Shown piece by piece: positions 54,553 to 64,000 of a stretch of 64,000 nucleotides of DNA; within the stretch, counting starts at the first letter, position 1; each line of letters starts with the position of its first letter. The notes below the pieces were generated by a model. That model was not told where the DNA came from, did no database searches, and worked only from the letters and a program-made list of their open reading frames with translations. The stretch is from a virus (Duplodnaviria; Caudoviricetes): IMG/VR virus record IMGVR_UViG_3300005805_000064, positions 1 through 64,000 of that record, one strand, 5' to 3'. The position numbers were made by a program, and so were the translations under genes.

Positions 54553-57500
54553 TTAAGTCACATCCACTTTTAAGAAATCTGCGCCCGCTGTATCTGCGAT
54601 CTGTAACGGGTCACCCTGTGTCTCGTTATATATGCCCGGTATAGGGTTCCATACACTATTATAGTTAGGTTGTGTCATCTTGTTATATTCTAACAAACTA
54701 AACACGGTAGTGTACTTACCGATATATGGACTAATGATTGACCCCAATACACCGCGCTGAACATTGACGATATTGGCAGTCTCGTCCACATTCAAAATCT
54801 GCATGTATTCGCCGTTGACATATAGCAATTTACCTTCTAATGAAGTGATAGTTAGATTATCATTGTTGCTTATCCACGGACCATCTTGTATAGAAACAAA
54901 TGCCCCTTGACCGCTTGCGCTCAACAATAGATAGTCTTGATCGATCAATTGATTTTTGGTATTGTTGTACACTTTTACTTGTATAACATCTAATCTATTA
55001 GCATTTAATGGTATAGTGCGATATCCAAATACACTAGGTGGTGCTATAGATGTTTGAGTCACATTATTGGTTAACTTTGTCGCATCACCCACTTCTATGG
55101 CAGTCGCATACTCTCCTACATTCTCACGCAACCAAGTTCTAGTTTCTGTATTAGCACGATAGACATTTCCCTGACCCGCAACATCTACTATTTGTAGATA
55201 AGTCTGTTGATCAGGAGTTGATGATGGCATCATGCTAGTAATTATTACTTCGTCTCCTGGTAATATTTCTTCTAATATAGAAACATCATTTGCTTCGTGC
55301 AATCTTAACTTGCTACTTGCCACGCGCTGTCCTTTAACTGTGACCCATAGGCGATCAACATTGGTCTGCTCCCATTGAGTGACATTGACGTTCAAGCCTG
55401 ACTGAACAGACAATGTTTTCGCAACGCCGTTTCTAGTTTCACTGATGCTGAATTTGTCGTTTGCGCTATCGATCTCTATCACTTCCTTGATATAGTATTT
55501 GGTTCCAGCAACAAGTTCCGGGATGCTAATAGGTTGACCTAGATCGATTCCGGTTTCAGTAAAGTAGACAGGCGTTCCTTCTACTAAACCGGTAGCCTTG
55601 CCTACAAAGATATATTCATTGTCGCTTGATACGCCGGTCTTATTATACAATACATAATTCTGATTCAATGATACATAACCACCACTTATATAAGTATTGA
55701 TATCAGTTAAAGGTACTGATGCAGTATATGGAATATCTGCGATATATTCATATAGAGCAAACTCTGTAGCACTTAATACATTGATAGTGAACAACTGACC
55801 ATTCAACTGGACGGAGCCCAATACATCTTCTATTCTGACGACATCGTTATCACTTAAATTATGTGGTCTAGTAGTTGTCACTGTGACAGGTAATACAGTG
55901 TTATTAACATAGACTATAGGTGTTACTTGCTTACCTGTGTATGTGTTAGTGAACAAGTATTGTCTATCCGTATCATTAAATGTTGTAACTGCTATGGTCT
56001 GAGAACTAGTTACTGGTGCATTGAATACGAGTGTACCTGTAGTGTAGTTAACATTATATTCTGATGGAGTTTTTCTTAATCCATCAACTTCAACTATGGC
56101 ATTTTCTGGATTATCTCCGTCTAAACTGTTAGTTAATGTATAAGGTCCTACAGTACCATTACCTGTAAATTGCTGTGTCTCTGGAACTGTGTATCCATAT
56201 TGTACAGGTTCTGTTTCACCGAAGAATGAATATGAGATATAGTCTGTTAACTGATCGTACTGATCTGCGAACACGATTTTTGCTGTAATCTGATTATCAG
56301 CAGGCATAGCAGCATAATCTTGGGTGACGAATATAGCACTTCCTGAGGCGCTATCTACTGTCACTGGATTACCGAACTGATCTTTAATGGTGATAGTTGT
56401 CGCTGATAATACCTGATCGATATAATAACTAGTTAAAGGTACTATACCGCCGAATATAGTATCACTGAATGTAATTCTTTGATCCGATGCTAGTCCTGCT
56501 GCGCTAAAAATAGTTATAGAATTATTAATAGCATTAGTAGAAATCACATAATTTGCGAATCCTGATGTTAATTTTTGTCCGTTGTGATACACTGCCGGTT
56601 CTGTGTAGAATTCGCCATCGGTTCCTACTTGTACAATGCCGCCACCGTTATAATCTAGATTAGTGTAATTGCAGTCCAATGATATTTCATTAAATCCCGT
56701 AGATAGGTTGATCTCTATTGGATCATTATCCGTATTTGATTTGACTAATTGATTACCATTTCCTATCTCATACACATCTATGCGCAGTTGCTGACCTGAT
56801 GTCAATGGTGATAGTAAAGATACGATTTTGTCGTGCCAGTTAATTTCATAATCTACATTTTCATATAGCGACACACTTAAACCGTCTGTCAATAAGAACA
56901 CACTTAGTTGAGCCGGTGTTTGAACAGCACTGCTGAAATCATATTCATTTGATGGTTCTATGTCAAGTTCTAGTGAAACAACTTTGTAGCCAACATGTGC
57001 ATATTGATCTGCTGGCCAGTTAGTACCTGGTCTTGTGTTTACAGTCATCACTAGTTGATCTGATACGATGCCGGGTACCATTTCTTCTGGACCATAACCG
57101 AACATGAACGGATCACCTTGTACAGTATATTCTGTCTGTACTTCTTGGAACACATTAGTGGTTCCCCATACTACAGTCGGGGATGTGATGTCGCTAGTTT
57201 GTAATACTGTATTGTTATTACCTACTATAGTCCACTGATCTTTTTCAGCCACATATATAACGCTGTTTAAATTCTCTAATGTTCCACTGGTTACAGTTGT
57301 GAAGTTAATACCGTCAGTTGATCTCTTGATCACACCGTTGTTTCCTACTAATACCAAAATTCCATCAGCGAAATGTATGTCATTATATACGATATCAACT
57401 TGAGAAATAGTTGTCCAATTGGTGCTGTCTGAACTATATGCAATTATTTGATCTCCCACTGCATAAATCTTGTCAAACGCTGAAGTAACTGCATTGAATG

Positions 57501-60500
57501 CCTTATTGAACGGTGCAGTGACTAGCGTCCAAGATATACCATTTAGACTTCTAAATACGATGCCACCAGTAGGCCTTCTTCCTACTACAATATATCCATT
57601 AAAACCAGACGCTGTTACATAGGACACATCGTTTAAAATATTAGTTGCGGTTGCAGCAGGCAATCTTGCTTGCCAGTTAACTAGATCAGTGCTAGTCACA
57701 ATGTTAGGATTTACCGCGATCCACAAACCATCGTGGAATGTAACTGCATTAAATGATTGATTTGCGGCGATCATCTTTATCTTAAAGAAATCAACAACAT
57801 TTGACGGAGTTCCAAAAGGAACAAAGAATGTATCGGTTCTCCATGTCATTTGATCAGTGCTAGTAAACATTGGTATAGGACTGTTAGATGATGTCATCAC
57901 ATAACTATTACCTGCTTTAGTTATATCAGTTATCGATAATGTTTCGTCGGCTAACTTATATAATGACCAATCGTTTTGTATTTCTATATCCGCGATAACT
58001 CCAGAATAATTAGGTAAATTTGCAGGTGCGATATAATTAGTACCGTTAAATGTTATAGCAGGAATGTCAACGCCAGTTGCATTAAATGATGAGTTTATCA
58101 ACTGAGTATCGATAGGATATGATTGATCTGGATTAAACTTATTACCCTTGTAAGTAGTATTAGGATATGTCAATCCAGTGAACAACTGCGTGAGATCATT
58201 ACCAGCCATATTAATATATTGCTGCCATGCTCTAGTATTTGATGGGTCTGGTTTATACCATCCTTCTGCTCTATCTAATGCGTTTAATCTACCATCACCG
58301 GCTGACAATTCTTCCCATTTACCGAATACAAATTCACTGTCGTTATTAGAGACAACGCACAACCATACTCTGTTATTATATTTTACTATGCTTGGATTAA
58401 AGTAGAACGGTTCCGGCAATACCATAAATGATCCTGCCTTAGCCATAGTCATAGATCCTGAAGCGTTTGTCGTGATGTTCACTAGATTTGATACACTGCC
58501 GGGATCAGTAGTCAAACGAACAGTAGTGCTAGTTGGTTTATCATAGATATAATAAACTTGTCCTAAATTTATAGATGCTGAGAACATACTTCCAGTGAAT
58601 ACTACCGGATCATTTATATTAAAGTTTGATGAACTAGTGACTGTAATTCTATCATCGCTCGCGGTAGCCGCAGTAGCAGTAGTAGTAACATAACCAGTAT
58701 AAGCGAAGTCTAGCCCGCTGACCGGAGTCTGTAGTAGCGGGTCACTATATACTTCAAATGTATTGGCATTTATAACTTTCAGATAATAATCTGTCGTAGT
58801 TCCGATCGGTGTTCCTTCTGTTATAAGTTTAGTTATAGATCCGTTGCTTGTCACGGGTAATGACCAGCTATAAGTTCCGGCTTCTATAGGATTAATTCTA
58901 GATACAGTTAAAGTGAGGTCATTAGTAGGACTTGTACCGCCCAACCATTGACCTGAAATAGTGATAGTGTTATTTTGAGTAAATCCTAATCCACCGTCAC
59001 TGATCAACACATTATAACCACCTAATACATAACCGATATCAAATGTAGGATCTGCTATGATTTCTTGATTCATCTGCACAGAACCGGATTCGTCTGACAA
59101 TAATACAGTCGCTTGCCCAACGCCTGTCTGCGCAGCATTATTGCAAGTGAAGTTCGCTACATATACTTTACCAGTGCCTGTACCGGGTCCGGTTGCAGTA
59201 AATATCACATCCACTTCGTTAGATGCAGCGCCTACTAGAATGAAATTAGTGTCGCCCACTGTATCGATGATATATGTTTGACCTGTAACGAAAGATCCTG
59301 CTGATACTAATGTTGAACCTATGCTATCCCAGTTACCGTTACCTGTTTGTTTGATTTGATAATCTTTACCAAATGCAAGTTCACCTATATTTTGATATGC
59401 CTTGAAAGATGCGCTTCCGGATGCGGTCATTGATCCTGCGCCGGCAATCAGTGATATGGCACCTTGACCCTTTTGCTCTGATATAGTAAATGTAGAACTG
59501 TTTACCAAATGTCTAACATAATAATCTGTATCTAACTCTAGTCCACCGAATATCAATCCCGTATTAAATGTGAACGGCATACCTTCGTATAGACTGTCAG
59601 TAGTAAAACTAGAAGACAATGTTACTAGACCGGTGCTTGCCGTTATACCATTGATTGTTGTAGGTAAATATGGTTTGTTGAGTGTGTATACTCCTCCTCC
59701 TAAACTATCTTCAATATAAGTATTATTTTCTATTCCGGTACCAGTGATAACAGTACCAGGATATATGCTACCTATCAACGAATTTACAGTCATAGTAAAT
59801 CCATTGAATGTAGCGTTGAATGTAGCGTTACTAGAAGTGCTGATTACACAAGTAAACGGAATATTTTGTACATTGTAAGTGTAATATACATTGTCTGGCT
59901 CTAAATTACCTATACTATTATTAACTGTAAATGAGAACCCGTTGTATATTTGAGAATTATTACCAGTTAATGCTATAGTGTTGTCGGACAGTGTATGTTC
60001 TATTACCTTTGTGACTAAATTACCATAAGTTAACTTGGGTGCCGTGATATCAGCATAATTATTAGATGAAGGGTAGAATGTAAATTTCTGCCCGTCAACC
60101 TGTCCGGGACTTACAGGTAATGATATATTCATTGCCGCAATGCCGGTCGCAGTAGTTAAATCTACTGTCTGATTTTGATTAGTAATGAACGCATAATTTC
60201 CTGCGCCAGCTACTTGAGTTGAAGTTATAAATGTGCTTCCACCAGGAGCGGTGCTTATCGTGATAGTATTATTGACTCCTATCTCTTTGACATAATAAAC
60301 AGTCTTAGGAGATATACCTCCGAAGTTAAGAGCCGGACTATTGTTGATATACATAGTGTCAAATACTATAGGATCGTTAACTTCAAGCCCGTTAGTAGTC
60401 TCTACACCTATATTACCAAATGCATCAGTAGCATAAACTCTTGTGTAAGTTGAATCAGAATTTTCTGACATAGAGAATGATTCTAATCCAAAGACTGACA

Positions 60501-63500
60501 CAACATAATAAATCTTATTCTCTTCTATTCCACCGAAAACATCACCGGTGAATACTACTGGACAATTTAAATATAGTCCATTAGTACCCCCTGTGCCGAT
60601 CGCATTCAACGGCACTGTAACAGTATTATTTGTTGCGTTAGTGCCGGTGATAGTTCTAATTCCGGGATAAGATGTAGATATTCTAGCAGTATTGGTTACT
60701 TTAGCAGTAGAGCATTTCATATTTGATACGGTGCCGGATATTGCTAAAGGACTTCCTCCAGGAGTAGAACTTATACTGAAACTGGTTAAGTTTGCTACAT
60801 TACTGACATAATAAGTATTACCAGCAGTTATACCTGTTACAGATTGTGTAAATTTCACAGGCATGTTGACGGTCATACCTACTGTAGAACCAGATGGATA
60901 TTGATCACCTACACTGCTAACAAATGAAAGGTTGATATAATTATTTGATATGTTACCTACAGTTCTTTCTAATCCTGACCAATCTGATTGTACTTGATTA
61001 TTTGTCACGGATACTACAGGAAACACAGTGCCGCCTGCACTAGACAAAATGTTATTAATATCAGGTTGTGTTGCAGCCAATGATAATGTGGAACTTGTGC
61101 TGTCTAGATAATATCCAACGAATTCACTTGCATAAAATGCATTCGGTGTCCATTCAGTGATTTGTGAATTGTAACTAGTTCTATCAAACTTGATAGTGAT
61201 GTTATTTTCTCTTACTGGACTGCTTGATGTTATGGCTAATGCTCTTGCTACTATTTCAAAAATCTGTGTGCCTGTTCCTTGATTTATAAATTGAATTCTG
61301 TTTTTGTCTTCTATAGCATTCAAATAAGTATCATATAAAGCAACTATAGTAGATGGTGTTGAATCCAATACATTGATATAATAATATTGCTCATTAGCAA
61401 GACCGCCTATATTAGTAGTACCTTCTTTATATCTTACCATGTCTCCAGTCATAAATGTAGGAGCATCCAGATCGATAGTATGTAATAATATATTAACATT
61501 ACCACTATCGAATTCAAAAGACTCTGCACTTTCAATTCTGATTTCTGGGGTTACTGCATAACCTTCACCCGGATTAATTACTGTTATGCTAGAAACTTTG
61601 TCCAAGCTCATGGTGACTTCTAACTGAGCCTGTACTCTAGGTTCTGGATATATGCTAGTATCTATATAGGCCAACGCTCTTGGAGGATTAGTATAATTTT
61701 TACCTGTGTCTAATACAATCACTGCCGGCAGATCCATGTATACATTAGTCTTAGGTAAATGTATCGAAATCTGCGTTTGATTGAATCCTCTAGTCAAACC
61801 GGTAAGTTCGCCGGTAGCTCTATTAACTCTTGCATAAGCGATTTGCTCATCGCCTATTTTTATAATACCGTTGACTGGAAACCCTTGGGCATTGTCTACT
61901 ACAATAGATGTGCTTACTAATGTGACATATGATAATAATTTACCCATCAAGTAATTTGGTTGTCCAGTTAAAGCCACACCATAATTATTATACCATTCTT
62001 TATAATTTTCTTTTTGCCATACGGGGCTATCAGGTAAGAATTCATAATCAGTGTCTTGATTATTATACACCAATTGCGGGCTTACAAATTTATTGATAGT
62101 TACATCGTATTCAGATGGCACATCAAAATCAGTGATAGTGCCGGGATATATATCTTCACCGGTATAATCAAATAAGAACTCTTTTATGACCACATGATAT
62201 GGTTTAGTTTCATTGATGTACCCACTCAAGAACTCCTGATTGTCACTGATAAAGTTCTTTATTTCTTTAAGTTCACGAACTTTATGTGAAACATCTACTA
62301 ATGATGTTTTGTTTAACCAAGGCAAATAATTTTGATTTTCAATTGTTTCTTCTTGGATATATTCAAACATCAAAATCAAACTTTTATTTCTATGAATCAA
62401 CAACTCACTAGTATAAATTTGTTCGTTTAATGCTCTTATGATCCAGCGGGTAGGCTGGCTCGGGAACACATCATAACTGTCTGTGTCATAGAATGTACCG
62501 CCGAATCCAAATCCACCTGAATCATAATCATACAACTCATCCTTGAATCGTATAGTACCATTCTCAAGACCTATTCTTTCCCATGTACCTAAACCATCAT
62601 AGCGATATGTCTCGCTAACTCCTAGACCGTTCTTAGCGACTGTTACTATAGTACCTTGTACTGCATTTATAGTAGATAAATCTGCATACACTGGAACCTG
62701 CAACACCGAGCGAGTGTTGTCATCATAACCAGGTGCCCACCAGTTTATGTATTCCCAGAATTCTGCGGTATTGTAATATGTTCCGGATTCAAACAAGAAG
62801 TCAAATGATCGTATTTCTGCTATAGGATACAATCTCATTATAATATTTGCATACTGTAGATAGTTCTTTAATGCTGCGAATCTGTCATAAAAGAAACTCT
62901 GTCTTGGTCTTGCCAATACACCTGATTGCACTGCTTTAGGTAAGAACGGATCAGGTACAGAATTACCTGACTCATCAACTCCAGATAAACTATCTAAGAA
63001 TCTGTCATATAATGATTCTGGTTGTGTGACACCAAATGATCCCGGGACGCCCGGTAAGAAGTCATCAGCAAAATCGCTTCTGATCAAATCAAACTGTTCA
63101 TGCGCGGGGTTGTTTTCTTGTCCAGTAGTGAAGCCTACATGCAATACGCTGTCATTGGCATTGATGTATGACTTGCAATTATACAGTGCGAACACATTAG
63201 TTGACAATGGCGCTAGATAACTGATACCTGAACCTTGTGGATTGCTGATATAGTTTGCGATATTGATGTCTGCCAGGCTCTTATTAGGTGCTATGATACC
63301 TGTGTTTCTTGCCCAGAAATAATATACAGGTACTACCGTATTATTTGAATTCAAGGTTGTCTGTACTGTATAGGCTGCTACATTTTTAGGTATGCCGGGT
63401 CCCTGATATTCTACAGGAGGTACCGTGCTTGCTACCCATGTGCAAACTGCTATATCGCTACCCGGGAATAATTGACCCCAGTATCTTGCATTGTATTCGT

Positions 63501-64000
63501 TATCATTCTGATGATAGTTCAAGAACCTTATATTTGCTGTGTCAAACCATATCTTACCAACTTGATCTGCACCCCAAACTAAGTTTGGTGTCAATGCGGT
63601 AGTATTATTGTAGCCTGCAGGGTCGATATCGCTAACATAATCTATGTTCTGTCTGACTGCTCCTAATATTTTTCCCTGCAATGGATCAATATAGTCTAGA
63701 TTGATTAATGTGTTATTTGACTCCGCGCTAAAGATTTGCATATTTTCTACGCGGTTGATGTCTACTACAGGATTAGATTGTCTGAATACACTCCAATTTT
63801 GTTCGCCTGTATCATTTATATAAGTAACTACCTGACCATCGATCACAGTAGGTCTAAATCCAGGAGCACCTATAACGATTCTGTCTTCATTCCAATCTAT
63901 AGCATATCCATAAGTTGGTTGTGCCCCGTATACTAAGTCCTTAGCATTGACGCTTTGACCATAAGTATAATTACCTATATTATTCAATGACTCATTGTAG
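54553..64000 (-). CDS. Giant virion structural protein (baseplate wedge/fibre-like), N-terminus beyond window end
   Basis: >3144-aa frame open to the window edge; repeated PVVFTG..FGG....YYV modules, a beta-propeller-like segment, YHVVIKEF motif. Confidence 0.8.
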   Translation of the reverse strand, partial: YNESLNNIGNYTYGQSVNAKDLVYGAQPTYGYAIDWNEDRIVIGAPGFRPTVIDGQVVTYINDTGEQNWSVFRQSNPVVDINRVENMQIFSAESNNTLINLDYIDPLQGKILGAVRQNIDYVSDIDPAGYNNTTALTPNLVWGADQVGKIWFDTANIRFLNYHQNDNEYNARYWGQLFPGSDIAVCTWVASTVPPVEYQGPGIPKNVAAYTVQTTLNSNNTVVPVYYFWARNTGIIAPNKSLADINIANYISNPQGSGISYLAPLSTNVFALYNCKSYINANDSVLHVGFTTGQENNPAHEQFDLIRSDFADDFLPGVPGSFGVTQPESLYDRFLDSLSGVDESGNSVPDPFLPKAVQSGVLARPRQSFFYDRFAALKNYLQYANIIMRLYPIAEIRSFDFLFESGTYYNTAEFWEYINWWAPGYDDNTRSVLQVPVYADLSTINAVQGTIVTVAKNGLGVSETYRYDGLGTWERIGLENGTIRFKDELYDYDSGGFGFGGTFYDTDSYDVFPSQPTRWIIRALNEQIYTSELLIHRNKSLILMFEYIQEETIENQNYLPWLNKTSLVDVSHKVRELKEIKNFISDNQEFLSGYINETKPYHVVIKEFLFDYTGEDIYPGTITDFDVPSEYDVTINKFVSPQLVYNNQDTDYEFLPDSPVWQKENYKEWYNNYGVALTGQPNYLMGKLLSYVTLVSTSIVVDNAQGFPVNGIIKIGDEQIAYARVNRATGELTGLTRGFNQTQISIHLPKTNVYMDLPAVIVLDTGKNYTNPPRALAYIDTSIYPEPRVQAQLEVTMSLDKVSSITVINPGEGYAVTPEIRIESAESFEFDSGNVNILLHTIDLDAPTFMTGDMVRYKEGTTNIGGLANEQYYYINVLDSTPSTIVALYDTYLNAIEDKNRIQFINQGTGTQIFEIVARALAITSSSPVRENNITIKFDRTSYNSQITEWTPNAFYASEFVGYYLDSTSSTLSLAATQPDINNILSSAGGTVFPVVSVTNNQVQSDWSGLERTVGNISNNYINLSFVSSVGDQYPSGSTVGMTVNMPVKFTQSVTGITAGNTYYVSNVANLTSFSISSTPGGSPLAISGTVSNMKCSTAKVTNTARISTSYPGIRTITGTNATNNTVTVPLNAIGTGGTNGLYLNCPVVFTGDVFGGIEENKIYYVVSVFGLESFSMSENSDSTYTRVYATDAFGNIGVETTNGLEVNDPIVFDTMYINNSPALNFGGISPKTVYYVKEIGVNNTITISTAPGGSTFITSTQVAGAGNYAFITNQNQTVDLTTATGIAAMNISLPVSPGQVDGQKFTFYPSSNNYADITAPKLTYGNLVTKVIEHTLSDNTIALTGNNSQIYNGFSFTVNNSIGNLEPDNVYYTYNVQNIPFTCVISTSSNATFNATFNGFTMTVNSLIGSIYPGTVITGTGIENNTYIEDSLGGGVYTLNKPYLPTTINGITASTGLVTLSSSFTTDSLYEGMPFTFNTGLIFGGLELDTDYYVRHLVNSSTFTISEQKGQGAISLIAGAGSMTASGSASFKAYQNIGELAFGKDYQIKQTGNGNWDSIGSTLVSAGSFVTGQTYIIDTVGDTNFILVGAASNEVDVIFTATGPGTGTGKVYVANFTCNNAAQTGVGQATVLLSDESGSVQMNQEIIADPTFDIGYVLGGYNVLISDGGLGFTQNNTITISGQWLGGTSPTNDLTLTVSRINPIEAGTYSWSLPVTSNGSITKLITEGTPIGTTTDYYLKVINANTFEVYSDPLLQTPVSGLDFAYTGYVTTTATAATASDDRITVTSSSNFNINDPVVFTGSMFSASINLGQVYYIYDKPTSTTVRLTTDPGSVSNLVNITTNASGSMTMAKAGSFMVLPEPFYFNPSIVKYNNRVWLCVVSNNDSEFVFGKWEELSAGDGRLNALDRAEGWYKPDPSNTRAWQQYINMAGNDLTQLFTGLTYPNTTYKGNKFNPDQSYPIDTQLINSSFNATGVDIPAITFNGTNYIAPANLPNYSGVIADIEIQNDWSLYKLADETLSITDITKAGNSYVMTSSNSPIPMFTSTDQMTWRTDTFFVPFGTPSNVVDFFKIKMIAANQSFNAVTFHDGLWIAVNPNIVTSTDLVNWQARLPAATATNILNDVSYVTASGFNGYIVVGRRPTGGIVFRSLNGISWTLVTAPFNKAFNAVTSAFDKIYAVGDQIIAYSSDSTNWTTISQVDIVYNDIHFADGILVLVGNNGVIKRSTDGINFTTVTSGTLENLNSVIYVAEKDQWTIVGNNNTVLQTSDITSPTVVWGTTNVFQEVQTEYTVQGDPFMFGYGPEEMVPGIVSDQLVMTVNTRPGTNWPADQYAHVGYKVVSLELDIEPSNEYDFSSAVQTPAQLSVFLLTDGLSVSLYENVDYEINWHDKIVSLLSPLTSGQQLRIDVYEIGNGNQLVKSNTDNDPIEINLSTGFNEISLDCNYTNLDYNGGGIVQVGTDGEFYTEPAVYHNGQKLTSGFANYVISTNAINNSITIFSAAGLASDQRITFSDTIFGGIVPLTSYYIDQVLSATTITIKDQFGNPVTVDSASGSAIFVTQDYAAMPADNQITAKIVFADQYDQLTDYISYSFFGETEPVQYGYTVPETQQFTGNGTVGPYTLTNSLDGDNPENAIVEVDGLRKTPSEYNVNYTTGTLVFNAPVTSSQTIAVTTFNDTDRQYLFTNTYTGKQVTPIVYVNNTVLPVTVTTTRPHNLSDNDVVRIEDVLGSVQLNGQLFTINVLSATEFALYEYIADIPYTASVPLTDINTYISGGYVSLNQNYVLYNKTGVSSDNEYIFVGKATGLVEGTPVYFTETGIDLGQPISIPELVAGTKYYIKEVIEIDSANDKFSISETRNGVAKTLSVQSGLNVNVTQWEQTNVDRLWVTVKGQRVASSKLRLHEANDVSILEEILPGDEVIITSMMPSSTPDQQTYLQIVDVAGQGNVYRANTETRTWLRENVGEYATAIEVGDATKLTNNVTQTSIAPPSVFGYRTIPLNANRLDVIQVKVYNNTKNQLIDQDYLLLSASGQGAFVSIQDGPWISNNDNLTITSLEGKLLYVNGEYMQILNVDETANIVNVQRGVLGSIISPYIGKYTTVFSLLEYNKMTQPNYNSVWNPIPGIYNETQGDPLQIADTAGADFLKVDVT

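Noticed and set aside
1-64000. Integrase, transposase, homing endonuclease or intein
   Set aside because: No such motifs recognised in any ORF in the window

Overview
A 64 kb segment of a large, T4-like (myovirus-type) lytic phage genome, almost entirely coded on the minus strand. The host is probably a Gram-negative proteobacterium: there is an i-/o-spanin pair, sigma70-type early promoters, TAAATA-type late promoters and a tmRNA tag ANDDVYALAA. By coordinate: (1) 1-4.8 kb, a truncated GT2 gene, virion and candidate internal-head proteins, spanins; (2) 4.8-10 kb, nucleotide-sugar enzymes, thyA and small hypotheticals; (3) 10-14.4 kb, an early region with a MoxR AAA+/vWA pair and four consensus sigma70 promoters; (4) 14.4-21 kb, an APS-kinase/nucleotidyltransferase fusion, a pol-beta-type nucleotidyltransferase, a circularly permuted two-piece tmRNA, a DNA methyltransferase, an unannotated structured RNA with a tRNA-like element, ugd and speD; (5) 21-51.5 kb, the main feature: a ~30 kb biosynthetic island with a 2248-aa protein carrying 22 tandem ~66-aa repeats plus degenerate glycosyltransferase modules, 12 radical SAM enzymes (11 with an N-terminal auxiliary Fe-S domain), 4 SGNH-like proteins, a carbamoyltransferase, an SDR, 3 GT-A proteins and an unannotated 33-aa peptide whose C-terminus (DPFIY) matches the repeat core; (6) 51.8-64 kb, tail/baseplate genes including a >3100-aa virion protein cut by the window edge. 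No database searches were run. All family calls come from motifs read in the sequence.
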